DNA from: Squalus acanthias
Lineage: Eukaryota
Direction of reading: 5' to 3'
DNA length: 64,000 nucleotides
Assembly: GCA_030390025.1 (NCBI GenBank)
Contig: JASTWF010000098.1
Span: forward strand, 744,001 to 808,000
The position numbers and the translations under genes are program-made. Shown one piece after another: positions 21,861 to 33,782 of this stretch (its first letter is position 1; each line of letters begins with the position of its first letter). The notes beneath the pieces were generated by a model. It did no database searches. It saw nothing but the letters and a program-made list of their open reading frames with translations, and was not told the origin of the DNA.

Positions 21861-22909
21861 TGGAGAAAAACTTTTTTAAAGATTTGCTAAACTTAAAAAT
21901 AAAGCTTAAAACCAAACTTATTCAATTAACTGGATTGAGCACAACGAAAGTGGGAAGAAAACCTGGGGGAGGGGAATTTCAACCTCTTTTCATTTAGAGA
22001 AATATTCACTTGACTGGACTCGCCTGTAGTGTATCAGGATTTCTTTTAGCTGCACAGCCTTTGCATTCAGCAAAAAGCAATACCTTCCTTTACAAGGCCC
22101 AGATTCCACTTCTCCCCTCCGCAGAGACGCTGGGTACTGCTGTGTCTTTTCTCTCTCTTTTATTTTAACCCCTCTTGTAAAGGTTAAGTTTGTGTGTGTA
22201 AACGGTCATGTCACACAGCTATGAGAAACAGCCACCCCCTGCAACTGGGGCAGGCACAGAGCAAAGACAGCGACCCGCAGCCCCTTTCACGCTCGCAAAA
22301 ACAAACAGAGATGGCACTGTACCCTCTCCTTATTGACCATCTGTTGCTACCAGTGGCTGCAATGTGCCAAAGGACAATACAGGCTGCCTTCCATCAGGCC
22401 ACCCACCGCCAAAGCTGAGGCCGCCTCCTCCTCCCCCCCTATCTACAAGCGAGAGACCCTCCAGCTCTGCCCCCCCCACCCCCGTCCCTTCATGAACACA
22501 CAATGCGGCAGGGTTGGTGGAAGCTGAGGCATGTTGGAGGTGCAATAAGGCGGTGGGTAGTCCTTTCATTGCTGCCTGCCTTTCATAGTTGGCTGCATAG
22601 CAACACGGCTCTGGTCACATCACTGCGGCGATTCCAGCCAGTCTCAGCAGCAAGCTCCTTAAAGGGACAGGGAGTGAAGTTTAACTCGTTGTGCTCGGGG
22701 GAAGGGGGGGGGGGGGTGGGAAGGTAGCGGCTTCACTACGTCGTTGTCAACACAACGATGTCACAGCGTTAAGTGTTTTTAAATCTAAAAAGGGAAACAT
22801 TCAAGTGACACACAGAGTGCCAGGAAGGCGCAAGGAGAAGGAACCACAGAAAAAGTGGGGTGCAGGAATCGAGAAAACCCAGGAAAGAAGGTAAATATAG
22901 AACATAAAA

Positions 22910-23167
22910 GGAGAGAGAGAGAAAAACAAAGAGCGAGAGAGAGAACGAGAAAGAGAGAGAGAGAGAGAGAACGAGAAAGAGAGAGAGAGAACGAGAAAGA
23001 GAGAGAGAGAAAGCAAGATCAAAGCAGAGAGACAGGAGCGGAGTGGTGATATTGGAAATTGGGAGATTTCCCGAGCACCCCCGTGAATGGTTCCTTGCGT
23101 GTTATTTTTGGCGCCCTCCCTTGTTCCGTGAGAATCTTGAAGAATTGGATGGAGCTGGTCTGCTCCG

Positions 23168-23205
<38 letters not shown>
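22910..23205. repeat. Two (AG)n microsatellites
   Basis: 22910-23010 imperfect, 23171-23205 perfect. Confidence 0.9.
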
Positions 23206-23207
<2 letters not shown>

Positions 23208-23264
23208 CAATGATGTAGTGCCTTATACCTCTCCCAACACTTCACACGAATTACTTTAAGGGTA

Positions 23265-23695
23265 GTGATTGTTGTCATGTTGATAAAGGTAGCAGCCATT
23301 TTGCACACAGCAAGATCCACAAACAGCAGTAACAGCAACGAGTTGCTCTGATTTTGGCGGTGCTGGTTGAGGAAAGAATATTGTCCAGAACACCTGAGAG
23401 AAACCTCTGCCCTTCTTCCAGTAGTGCCATGGGATCTTTAACATCGAGAGGTCGCACAACACCAGGTTATAGTCCAACAGTTTTATTTTAAATCACAAGC
23501 TTTCGGAGTTACAACTCCTTCGTCGGGTGAAGTGAGGAGATACAGAATCGTCAAAGCATATATAGATACAGAACAATGCATGTGTAACTTACAATTGCAG
23601 ACAACTAAATCCACATGGACAGGCAGATGTGGCCTCGGTTTTATATTCCACCCGAAGATGACGCCACTGACAGTACAGTGCTCCCTCAGTACCGG
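23265..23695 (-). mobile_element. Diverged DeuSINE-type SINE split by a Penelope-like fragment
   Basis: gggatctttaacatc (ends 23445) resumes as ccacatggacaggcagatgtggcctcgg (23611). Confidence 0.7.
23446..23608 (-). mobile_element. Penelope-like element terminal-repeat fragment with a mutated hammerhead motif
   Basis: Homologous to 32930-33015; minus strand TCAC-CcGACGA-a-GGAG..CTCC-GAAA-GCTT-GTGA followed by AATAAA. Confidence 0.75.
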
Positions 23696-24102
23696 AAAGG
23701 AAACGTATGGGGAGGAGAGAGAAACGAGGAAGGAGAAAGTAAATTAGAGGAGAAGGAAGCTGGAAAGGTGGAAACTACAGAAAAAAGGTTTTTCTTAAAA
23801 GCAACTTGGGGTATGGGGGTCCTTTGCTGCAGGTCGGATAGCAAGAGAGTACTGATAAGTGGACTAACTTGGTGTGCGACGGGCGGTGTGGCAGGCTGGG
23901 GTTAGTAGCAGCTCCAGCCCAGACAGCAGTTCACCAACCTACTGCTGAGTGAATGCAAGGACCAGCCCAGGCTCCAGGCCCTAGCTCCAAGTGTGTACTC
24001 GCTGCCAATACCAGGAACCGGGTCCTCGTACTCATTACTGGTGGCAGGTCCGAGGGCTCAGCAACAGGGGGAGGCCACTCAGCCCCTCGAGTCTGCTCCT
24101 AC

Positions 24103-24345
24103 CAGGAGTTCTCCCCGGTGTTCTGAGGCCAATGCATATCCCTCAACCAACATCACTAAAACAGATTATCTGGTCAGTATCACATTGCTGTTTGTGGGAG
24201 CTTGCTGTGCGCAAATTGGCTGCTGCATTTCCTACATTACAACAGTGACTGCACTTTAAAAAGTACTTCATTGGCTGTAACGCACTTTGGGACATATCCT
24301 GAGGTCGTGAAAGGCACTAAATAAATGCAAGTCTTTCTTTCTTTC
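24103..24345 (+). mobile_element. DeuSINE-type SINE 3' part
   Basis: Conserved central domain and tail. Confidence 0.85.
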
Positions 24346-24913
24346 TTATTCCACCATTCAACTAGACCACGGCTGATCTGTACCTCAACTCCATTTACCC
24401 GCCTTTGTTTCATATCCCTTACCAAACAAAAATCTGTCAATGTCAGTCTTGAAAATTTTCATCGACCCCCAGCTTTTGGGGGAGAAAGTCTCATATTTGC
24501 GTGCAGAGGGCGGTCGTGACCAAAACACACCCATCAGTCAGAACTCCTCACGCATCATGCTCCACACCAACCGTACCCCAGCAAGGAGCCCACACTAGCA
24601 GGCCGAGGGCGAGGAGAGAAAATCAGCAGCAAAAGAAAAACAGGAAGAGAAACAGGCAGAAACACAGTCTGGGGTGTAAAACAAAAAGAAAATTCTCATT
24701 GTACTTCATTTAATGTGAAGAAATCAACAGTTACAAAAATAGAACAAAAACGCATCAAAGAACGTATAGACATCAAAGAAAAACTTTAAGCAAACGCACA
24801 CCTTGTCCACAGCTGGCTTTTGAAGCTAGACTTGCACAAACCTCATATATTCCCACACACTTTTCAAAAACCACTGTTATGTTTGTTTTCTTGAAAATAA
24901 AATATTCTAACTG

Positions 24914-25449
24914 GTGTCAGCTGTGCCTCAGTGGGTAACACTCACCCCTCGGAGTCAGAAGGTCGTGAGTTCAAGACCCACTCCAGAGATTTGAGCACAT
25001 AATTTCGGTCAATACTCCCAGTGCAGTGCTGAGGGAGTGCTGCACTGTCGGAGGGGCAGTACTGAAGGAGTGCTGCACTGTCGGAGGGGCAGTACTGAGG
25101 GAGTGCCGCACTGTCGGAGGTGTCGTCTTTCGGATGAGATATTAAACCAAGGCCCCATCCGCTCTCTCAGGTGGGCGTAAGAGGTCATTATTATTTCGAA
25201 GAAGAGCAGGGGAGTTCTCCCCAGTATCCTGGCCAATATTTATCCCTCAACCAACATCACTAAAACAGATTATCTGGTCATTTATCTCACTGCTGTTTGT
25301 GGGAGCTTGCTGTGCGCAAATTGGCTGCCGTGTTTCCTACATTACAACAGTGACTACACTTCAAAAAGTGCTTCATTGGCGGTTAAAGTGCTTTAGGACG
25401 TCCTGAGGTTGTAAAAGGTGTTATAGAAATGCAAGTCTTTCTTTCTTTT
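24914..25449 (+). mobile_element. Full-length DeuSINE/SacSINE1-type SINE with an internal 33-bp triplication
   Basis: A/B boxes; gcagt(a/g)ctgagggagtgctgcactgtcggaggg at 25023, 25056, 25089. Confidence 0.9.
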
Positions 25450-25589
25450 ACTGTACAATAAATACTCAGCTGTAAAGGTGACCCATATACAAGTCAAACT
25501 TCAAGTCACCTGCCAAAATAACCCAGTGTTACAGTGCTGGAGCAGGAGACTGAGGCTTCGGAGGGGGGTTAAAACAGAGTAAACATTCT

Positions 25590-26431
25590 CAGGTATAGCA
25601 CGGGTTAGATACAGAGTAAAGCTCCCTCTACACTGTCCCATCAAACACTCCCAGGGCAGGTACAGCACGGGTTAGATACAGAGTAAAGCTCCCTCTACAC
25701 TGTCCCATCAAACACTCCCAGGGCAGGTACAGCACGGGTTAGATACAGAGTAAAGCTCCCTCTACACTGTCCCATCAAACACTCTCAGGGCAGGTACAGC
25801 ACGGGTTAGATACAGAGTAAAGCTCCCCCTACACTGTCCCATCAAACACTCCCAGGGCAGGTACAGCACGGGTTAGATACAGAGTAAAGCTCCCCCTACA
25901 CTGTCCCATCAAAAACTCCCAGGGCAGGTACAGCACGGGTTAGATACAGAGTAAAGCTCCCTCTACACTGTCCCAACAAACACTCCCAGGGCAGGTACAG
26001 CATGGGTTAGATACAGGAAACTTTCGTTTATCCGGCACCCAAATATCCGGAATTCTCGCTTAACCGGCAAAAATCAGGTAAGTTTTATTGTACAGACAAG
26101 ACCCCGATTCTGACCTTTCGCCCCCACGAAAGGGGGGTCAACTTTCTTCCGACTCGGACCTGTCGCCGCCACGGAGGAAAAAGCCGGAGTCTCGTTTATT
26201 TTCCCTCTCCGGGTCCCAATTGTTAAGGCTGTGGCCGTGTACGGGTCTCTCGTACCTTGGTAAGTATACCTCTCTGTAATCCGGCACTTTCGATCAACCG
26301 GCACCACGCCGGTCCCGTCGGTGCCGGATAAACGAAAGTTTCCTGTACAGAGTAAAGCTCCCTCTACACTGTCCCATCAAACACTCCCAGGGCAGGTACA
26401 GCACGGGTTAGATACAGAGTAAAGCTCCCTC
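25590..26431. repeat. Minisatellite, 67-bp unit, about 7.5 copies, interrupted by a MITE
   Basis: gggcaggtacagcacgggttagatacagagtaaagctccctctacactgtcccatcaaacactccca; period 67 (25611 to 25678). Confidence 0.95.
26014..26345. mobile_element. Tc1/mariner (pogo/Tigger-like) MITE, 332 bp
   Basis: Perfect 26-bp TIR CAGGAAACTTTCGTTTATCCGGCACC, TA duplications at 26012-13 and 26346-47. Confidence 0.92.
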
Positions 26432-26984
26432 AGCACTGCTGTGGGATGGTGCCAACCAGGAATAGGATTGACACTGCCCCGAGCACCTTTCCCTTTGCAC
26501 TCTTGCAGCCTGCAGTGAGAGGAGATTGTCTCCTCATTAGCTTGTACTGGACTGGAGTCCAGGTAGTGGGGGTGAAAGATCAGTATTGTACCAGACTGCA
26601 ACACCCAGCACCATCTGAACTTTGGTTTCTAGCCAGGAGGATTTGCACACTTCCGAATTTTTTCGGTCAATAACGGGATGTCTCCTTTGATGTGGTTTCC
26701 CATCTGATCTTTGCAAAGGGTTCAAAAGATAAAGGGAAGGCAAACTTCCAGTTTGGCAAAGAAAAAAATACAAAATTGCTCACCAAAGATGAGGGTGAAA
26801 TCACATCAAAAGATCCCACCTCAGAGACCGTGCAACATCAAGGAACCTCAGTCATACCACATGCTACAGTTCACCTTCATATTGGGGGCGGCAGAGTACC
26901 GAAACCATCCCCACCCCCAACAAGGGAAATCAAATGATCCTCAGCTCCATCAAACAAGGTATCTCACCATGTCTAGTTCATTGC

Positions 26985-27140
26985 TGGGTATCCGTTATTC
27001 TATATATAAACCCCCCGAACCCCTCGATTAGATTCCAGCCTGTAACTCACTCCCGGGTATCTGTTATTCTATATATAAACCCCCCGAACCCCTCGATTAG
27101 ATTCCAGTCTGTAACTCACTCCCGGGAGTCCGTTATTCTA
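26985..27140. repeat. 69-bp minisatellite family, about 2.3 copies
   Basis: Same unit as 48248-49031. Confidence 0.9.
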
Positions 27141-28107
27141 GGTATAAACAGCGGGTATTATCTAAAAGATGTGTTTATTAAGTTCGATATATTTTTCAAA
27201 CAGTCCGTGCAACGCAATCTCCATCAATAAAAAATCTCCCTATTTGGCCGCTCAGCTAAATGCTGCACTCAGTGAACAGGTGAAGTGCACAGTGCAGGAA
27301 GGTCCAGAATACGAACCCTAGTCTGGGCTCAGTTAGCTGATCGCAGCCGGATGAACCGCCATCGAGACTTGTCGATATGAGCACTTGTGTGTGTGTGTGT
27401 TTGTGTGTGTGACCGTCAGGCAAGGACTGGATCGGGTTGGGCTCTATTGCCTGTCGACACCCACCGTCTTGGCTCAGGCATGACTAATGGGCGGTTGGAT
27501 GAGGTGGGTGAACCGGATTTCGGCAAAGGCCAGCACCAATCTTTGTGGCAAGAGGGGAGAGAAAAGGAACGAGAGAAATAAAATCTGATCGTCTCGCCCC
27601 AGCTTTAGGACGGTCCTGTCGTTGCACAGACTGAGGCGAATCCCCTCGCCTGTCAGCACAGCTTGTGTGTGCTCCTTGCTTGGTGCTGACATCACCAGCT
27701 TACATCAAAAGGCTCTCCCCTCTCCAAACACCTGACAGGCGGTCCTGAATGGTGGGAACCTGCACCACAAGCCTGGGCGTGAGCTTCAATAGCACGACAT
27801 GCAGAGAAAAAGCTTCAGATAATGGGAGATTCAAAAGGGGGAGGCCAAGGTGACCCCTATGTGTCGAAGAAAACACACACACTCGCACATATGCTATCAC
27901 AATGGCTCACAAAAGGTAAACCTGTACCAGGGCGACTTTGTACTTTCACAAAACATACATGATTATACACACAGAAGATAAAAGGATGAAAGCAAAACAT
28001 CTGTTTCACAGCAGCCCATCTGGCCCCCACTAACAAGGGAAAGAAGATAAATCAACTTCCAGATTCTTGCATTATCTTCACTGACCAAACCATGCATAGC
28101 GACAACC

Positions 28108-28210
28108 TGTAACTCAGGTATCCAGAATACAATGTATAACCCCCACCACCCCACCCCGCCACACCGAACACCTCGATTAGATTCCAGCCTGTAACTCATT
28201 CCCGGGTATG
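28108..28210. repeat. 69-bp minisatellite family, about 1.5 degenerate copies
   Basis: cctcgattagattccagcctgtaactcattcccgggtat. Confidence 0.75.
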
Positions 28211-28559
28211 AATTAATCCGAATACAAAAATGATCCGATATCCCTGATGAGATCGCAATCTGCAATCAATTATCCTGATTAAATTGGGGTGCAGACTATG
28301 TGCAAGTTATTCACAATTATTCTTTCCCCGGGAGGCGTGCTCAAGTTTGGGGTGTGGCCTATAGGCAAGTAAATACAGTATTTAAAAGCCAATTTTAATA
28401 CTGGCAAGTCACAGTGGGAAGACCATGATGTTAAGTATGTTTACATTACACCAGCAGCTGGTGTTAGAGACACTCACTCCAATCTCTCACTGCCATTCAC
28501 CTGCCACGATGGTCGCACTGGGTGAACAAATGAAGCATTATGTCGAGTGTTTTAAAAAA

Positions 28560-28978
28560 TATTCTCTGGAGTTTAGAAGAATGAGAGGTGATCTCATTGA
28601 AACGTCTAAGATTCTTAGAGAGCTTGACAGAGTAGATGCTGAGAGGTTGTTTCCCCCTGGCTGAAGAGTCTAGAACCAGGGGTCGCAGTCTCAGGATAAG
28701 GGGTCGGTCATTTAGGACTGAGATGAGGAGGAATTTCTTCACTCAGAGGGTTGTGAATCTTTGGAATTCTCTACCCCAGAGGGCTGTGGATGCTGAGTTG
28801 TTGAGTATATTCAAGACTGAGATCGATAGATTTTTGGACTCTAAGGGGAATCAAGGGGTATGGAGGTTGGGGGGGGGGAAAGTGGAGTTGAGGTCGAAGA
28901 TCAGCCATGATCTTATTGAATGGCGGAGCAGGCTCGAGGGGCCGCATGGCCGACTCCTGCTCCGATTTCTTATGTTCT
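28560..28978 (+). mobile_element. CR1 LINE 3' end
   Basis: YSLEFRRMRGDLIET...SRTRGRSLRIRG...NFFTQRVVNLWNSLP plus tail. Confidence 0.9.
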
Positions 28979-29116
28979 CATCTAAAAAAACCCCGCTCTG
29001 ATTCACTTCAAGTTGGATGAAAAGAGTCAGAGAGGAATTTTGCAATTCCAGTATTTAGCAGTTACAGCTTTCCTTCTCTCTCTTCTCTCCCAAAGGGAGT
29101 AACCCGTACTGGTGTA

Positions 29117-29254
29117 CAATGTTCCCTCTAATTTTTTTTGTGCGCGGTCCCTTTAAATTTGCTGCACGGTATCTCATCCAGCGGCAGCAGCTGGTGAGCA
29201 GTCTGCGCGGAACCTCGCATTGATGCGTGGCTGCGCACCTTAGGGGAAATATTA
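29117..29254. mobile_element. hAT-type MITE (CAATGTTCCC family)
   Basis: TIR caatgttccc / ggaaatatta; 8-bp TSD ctggtgta / ccggtgta. Confidence 0.8.
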
Positions 29255-30368
29255 CCGGTGTATGGTTTCACAGTTTGGTTGGCGGCCAGGGTGGGGGGGT
29301 GGAAGAGAGTAAAGTAGAAATAGTGAGTGCAAGAGAAAGAAACAATGAGCAGAAAAAGAGAAACAGAAAGAATGAAAAAAGTGAAATAAAAAGGGAAAGA
29401 GATAAAAAAAGAGAAAAGAGGGACCCACATAGCAAGAGAGAGAGAGATTATTAGTGGGACCTAAAGTTAGATACGAGAGTGTGAAAGAAAGAAAAATACA
29501 CAACGACACGAGAGACAACACACACATACAAAGGACATACAAACAGAGAAAGAGGCAGAGAGAGAGATACACGAACAAATTATGGATAGAGAGCGAGAGA
29601 GAGAACACACAGAGAGAAGAGAAACCAAAGAAAGAGAGAAAAAGGCTACAACTTCCTATCACACGCTTCGAACAGCTTCAGTCAACACCTAAACTTGACA
29701 CCTGTCTGTTACAAATAGATCTGTTAGCGCTTGCCCTTCTCAGCGGGTCTGACATTAAACCGCTTCCACAAGCTGCCAGTCAAATGAAGAGCGATCGCAG
29801 TTAAAAGAGAAATTAAACTACTAGACAAGACTAATCTCCTTCTATTGCCTCTGCTTGCCTCCTCAGTAGATAAACTCAAACCCTGTCTGTCCGTGTTCCT
29901 AATCCTGGTTAATACAGCTTTGTTATTCAGACAGACTCGGGCTCCCCAGCTGCATTGAGCTATCCATCCACCGCAGTGGAAACTGGCCTATGAATTTCCT
30001 TTGGCTTCATTGCCTCATGCAGTGTTTACTCACCCCACAAGCTGACAGCTGCCCCCACCTTCAGATTGTTGCCCCACCTCATACAGGTAGTTGGTAGCCC
30101 TCTGGCACCTTGTCCAGCGATGGTTACAGGACAAACTGTCCCTCGCCTCCAGCCTCCAACTCTTGCTCTTGCTCTTCACTTTAGTCAATACTACTATGGT
30201 CAGCGGTCCCAGAGCTTCCAGCTCTTCTTCCTCCGTAGCTTCCTGCACACTCTACTGCCTTTCTGTATTGAAATGAAGACTCACCTGCACCATCTCCTAC
30301 TCCAAATCATTCTTTCCCAGTTCCTCAAAATTGCAGAACTCCTCACCTCCTTCAGTCTTCCCTGGGGC

Positions 30369-30376
30369 TGTCAGCC

Positions 30377-30418
<42 letters not shown>

Positions 30419-30834
30419 GTGGGTTCAAGCCCCACTCCAGACACTTGAGCACATATTCCAGGCTGACACTCCAGTGCAGTACTGAGGGAGCGCTGCACTG
30501 TCGGAGGTGCCATCTTTTGGATGAGATGTAAACTGAGGCCCCGTCTGCCCTCTCAGGTGGGCATAAAAGATCCCACAGCACTATTTCAAAGAAGAGCAGG
30601 AGTTCTCCCCGGTGTCCTGGGCCAATATTTATCCCTCAACCAACATCACTAAAAACAGATTATCTGGTCATCATCAAATTGCTGTTTGTGGGAGCTTACT
30701 GTGCGCAAATTGACTGCTGTGTTTCCTACATTACAACAGTGACTACACTTCAAAAAGTATTTAATAGGCTGTAAAGCGCTTTGGAACATCCTGAGGTTGT
30801 GAAAGGCGCTGTAGAAATGCAAGTTCTTTCTTTT
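30369..30834 (+). mobile_element. Full-length DeuSINE/SacSINE1-type SINE
   Basis: A box tggctcagtgg, B box ggttcaagccc, central domain, tail. Confidence 0.92.
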
Positions 30835-31164
30835 CTGAAACAAAGGGGAAGATTCCAGCAGTCTCGAGGGGTAATACCCCCATGCCTGCTGTGCGACTCA
30901 TGAGGTCGGATTGTTGAATTCCTTACCTCTGAAGGTCCCAGATCCGTAAAGGTGAGGCGTGCCCACAGCAAGCAGTCCCCGTCATGACAGAACTGCAAAA
31001 GAGAAAGCACAAGCACTTTGAAAAACAGAAGTGAAGTTAGATTGAAACAAAGGGCATTTTTTCCACTTGCTGTATTTCTTTGTTCTTGTTTGGTTGGGGG
31101 GTGGGGGGGGGGAACCTCTGCACCCCACTTTACCCCTTCAATGTTTGGCAAAGGGAGCTGTTCT

Positions 31165-31355
31165 GCATAGGAACAGGAGGCGGCCATTCAGCCCCTCAAG
31201 CCTGCTCCGCCATTCAATTAGATCATGGCTGATCTGCAACTCAGCTCCATATCCCTTGATACCCTCCCTTACCCAACAAAAATCTATCCATCTCCGTCTT
31301 GAAAATTTCAATTGACCCACCCAGCCTTTTGGGGGAGAGAATTCCAGATCTCCAT
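31165..31355 (-). mobile_element. CR1 LINE 3' tail
   Basis: cataggaacaggaggcggccattcagcccctc...gatcatggctgatct. Confidence 0.8.
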
Positions 31356-32891
31356 TGGTATAATGAGACTCATTGTGGAACATGGAGACCCCGAGTGTAC
31401 ACACACACACTCACTCACTTACACTTACCTTTCAGCAGAGGCCTGTGGCGAGCAATCAGGAGCGGAAACGACATTTTCCCTTTCCTAACTCAAGGTGCTG
31501 AGGCTAATTGTGACCCCTCCAATGGCCCTGGTTGTGTTATCGAACTCAGCACAAACCAGGGCCAGCACCCGAGTTCCTCCTGAATTAAATGGTTCAGTTA
31601 CCCACTGGGTAAGCAGGCCGAGCCATCTGGGGTAGGCGAGTTGGGAGTAAGGAGGAGTAGCAATCCATAATTTCTGTACGGAAAAAACTGCACTTGTGAA
31701 TAAACTACACTTGTCAGAGCTCAAATGCTAGAGAAAAAAAATCCAAACAAGTCAATACAGATCAAGCACACAGGTTCAATCAAGGAATGGGTTAACCCCA
31801 ATCGAGTGACTGGATCCATGGTTAAGGGCAGGGGGGGATTGGAATTAGCCATTCTCCAGTTGGTACACTGTGCTCTTCAGCAGGCCTCTGGAGCCCAGAA
31901 TCATTTATTACACGACACAATACAGGGGTGGAGCAGTTTGCACAATCCCACACAGGCTGTGGATCACCTGAAAGGACCCCCTCCCCAGTCCCAGCTACTA
32001 CCTGCTGTGTTCCCACCACCTAGCTCCTTTCACTCTGCCCCTGGGGGACCATTACACTCACGTACACACTAATAGCTTTTAGTTTCCATTCACACGAAAC
32101 CTGCTACGCTAAAATTAGCCTGCAGACCACCAACACTGAGCCCTCCCCAACCCCAACCTTTCAGCGCAAGGGTTTATGCCTTCCTCTCCGTTCCCTCCCC
32201 TCACCCCGAGGCTCAGATAAAGGCTAGTTTTCAATCTCAAAACCTTATTTTAGTACAAGAGAAAAGGACTGAAATGTTCAAATTTCTATACAATTTCCGA
32301 TCAAAGAAGGACGCCCCCTTTGATATCTGGACAGCGATGTCCTTGGCCCAGTTTTTTTTAAGCTTCATTTGCTGATTGGCATACAGTACATTTCACCATA
32401 TGAAGGCAGAAGCAGTGGCTCATGAGCTAGTACCTGAAGTATGTCAACAACTTTTAAAATAGGCAAATAAAAAGGGTGCGATTTGTATATCGTGTAACAT
32501 CACAAAGGTCCTGGTTATTCAGCAGGGTAAGGGTCACTCACTGTAACTATAGAGAGTCGCTGTTTATTCAGGGTAAGGGTCACTCACTGTGTAACTGTAC
32601 AGAGTCACTGTTTATTCAGGGTAAGGGTCACTCACTGTGTAACTGTACAGAGTCACTGTTTATTCAGGGTAAGGGTCACTCACTGTGTAACTGTACAGAG
32701 TCACTGTTTATTCAGGGTAAGGGTCACTCACTGTGTAACTGTACAGAGTCACTGTTTATTCAGGGTAAGGGTCACTCACTGTGTAACTGTACAGAGTCAC
32801 TGTTTATTCAGGGTAAGGGTCACTCACTGTGTAACTGTACAGAGTCACTGTTTATTCAGGGTAAGGGTCATTCACTGTGTAACTGTACAGA

Positions 32892-33127
32892 TGTGGAGAT
32901 GCCGGCGTTGGACTGGGGTGGACAAAAATGAGAAGTCGCACAACACCAGGTTATAGTCCAACAGATTTATTTAATTTTACAAGCTTTCGAAGCAGTTCGC
33001 TCCTTCGTCAGGTAAGTTAGCAATGAGTTGCTAACTTACCTGACGAAGGAGCGAACTGCTTCGAAAGCTTGTAAAATTAAATAAATCTGTTGGACTATAA
33101 CCTGGTGTTGTGCGACTTCTCATTTTT
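32892..33127. mobile_element. Penelope-derived palindromic non-autonomous element
   Basis: Perfect 100-bp inverted arms 32924-33023 / 33028-33127, 4-nt loop, 32-bp asymmetric extension, 11-bp TSD aactgtacaga. Confidence 0.85.
33036..33074 (+). ncRNA. Putative minimal type I hammerhead ribozyme (mirror copy on minus strand, 32977-33015)
   Basis: TTAC-CTGACGA-a-GGAGC gaact GCTTC-GAAA-GCTT-GTAA: stem I, core, stem II, palindromic stem III. Confidence 0.7.
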
Positions 33128-33782
33128 AACTGTACAGAGTCACTGTTTTATCAGGGTAAGGGTCACACACTAACTATACAGAGTCACTGTTTATTCAGGG
33201 TAAGGGTCACTCACTGTAACTGTACAGAGTCACTGTTTATTCAGGGTAAGGGTCATTCACTGTGTAACTGTACAGAGTCACTGTTTTATCAGGGTAAGGG
33301 TCACACACTAACTATACAGAGTCACTGTTTATTCAGGGTAAGGGTCACTCACTGTAACTGTACAGAGTCACTGTTTATTCAGGGTAAGGGTCATTCACTG
33401 TGTAACTGTACAGAGTCACTGTTTATTCAGGGTAAGGGTCACTCACTGTAACTGTACAGAGTCACTGTTTATTCAGGGTAAGGGTCACTCACTGTGTAAC
33501 TGTACAGAGTCACTGTTTTATCAGGGTAAGGGTCACACACTAACTATACAGAGTCACTGTTTATTCAGGGTAAGGGTCATTCACTGTGTAACTGTACAGA
33601 GTCACAGTTTTATCAGGGTAAGGGTCACACACTAACTATACAGAGTCACTGTTTATTTAGGGTAAGGGTCACTCACTGTGTAACTGTACAGAGTCACTGT
33701 TTATTCAGGGTAAGGGTCATTCACTGTGTAACTGTACAGAGTCACTGTTTATTCAGGGTAAGGGTTACTCACTATGTAACTA

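Larger units (their letters stand above)
32522..33782. repeat. Minisatellite, 48-bp unit (45/46-bp variants); remnants resume at 35909-35981 and 37691-37735
   Basis: cagggtaagggtcactcactgtgtaactgtacagagtcactgtttatt; 16-aa periodicity in ORF 32476..32931. Confidence 0.95.

Noticed and set aside
23040-23165. Possible minus-strand exon after a (CT)n tract and CAG acceptor
   Set aside because: No recognisable protein in any frame and no strong donor; the pyrimidine tract is just a microsatellite
24690-24905. Minus-strand 3'UTR end with ATTAAA
   Set aside because: Only compositional resemblance; no upstream exon could be linked
29227-29804. Lys/Arg/Glu-rich ORFs
   Set aside because: Purine-rich low-complexity sequence
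30369-30440. tRNA genes at A/B-box sites (also 9768, 24914, 40693, 52737)
   Set aside because: All continue into SINE bodies and lack a proper acceptor stem and terminator
32476-33451. Cys/His-rich 16-aa repeat ORFs resembling zinc fingers
   Set aside because: Product of the 48-bp minisatellite; frame broken by 45/46-bp variants and by TE insertions
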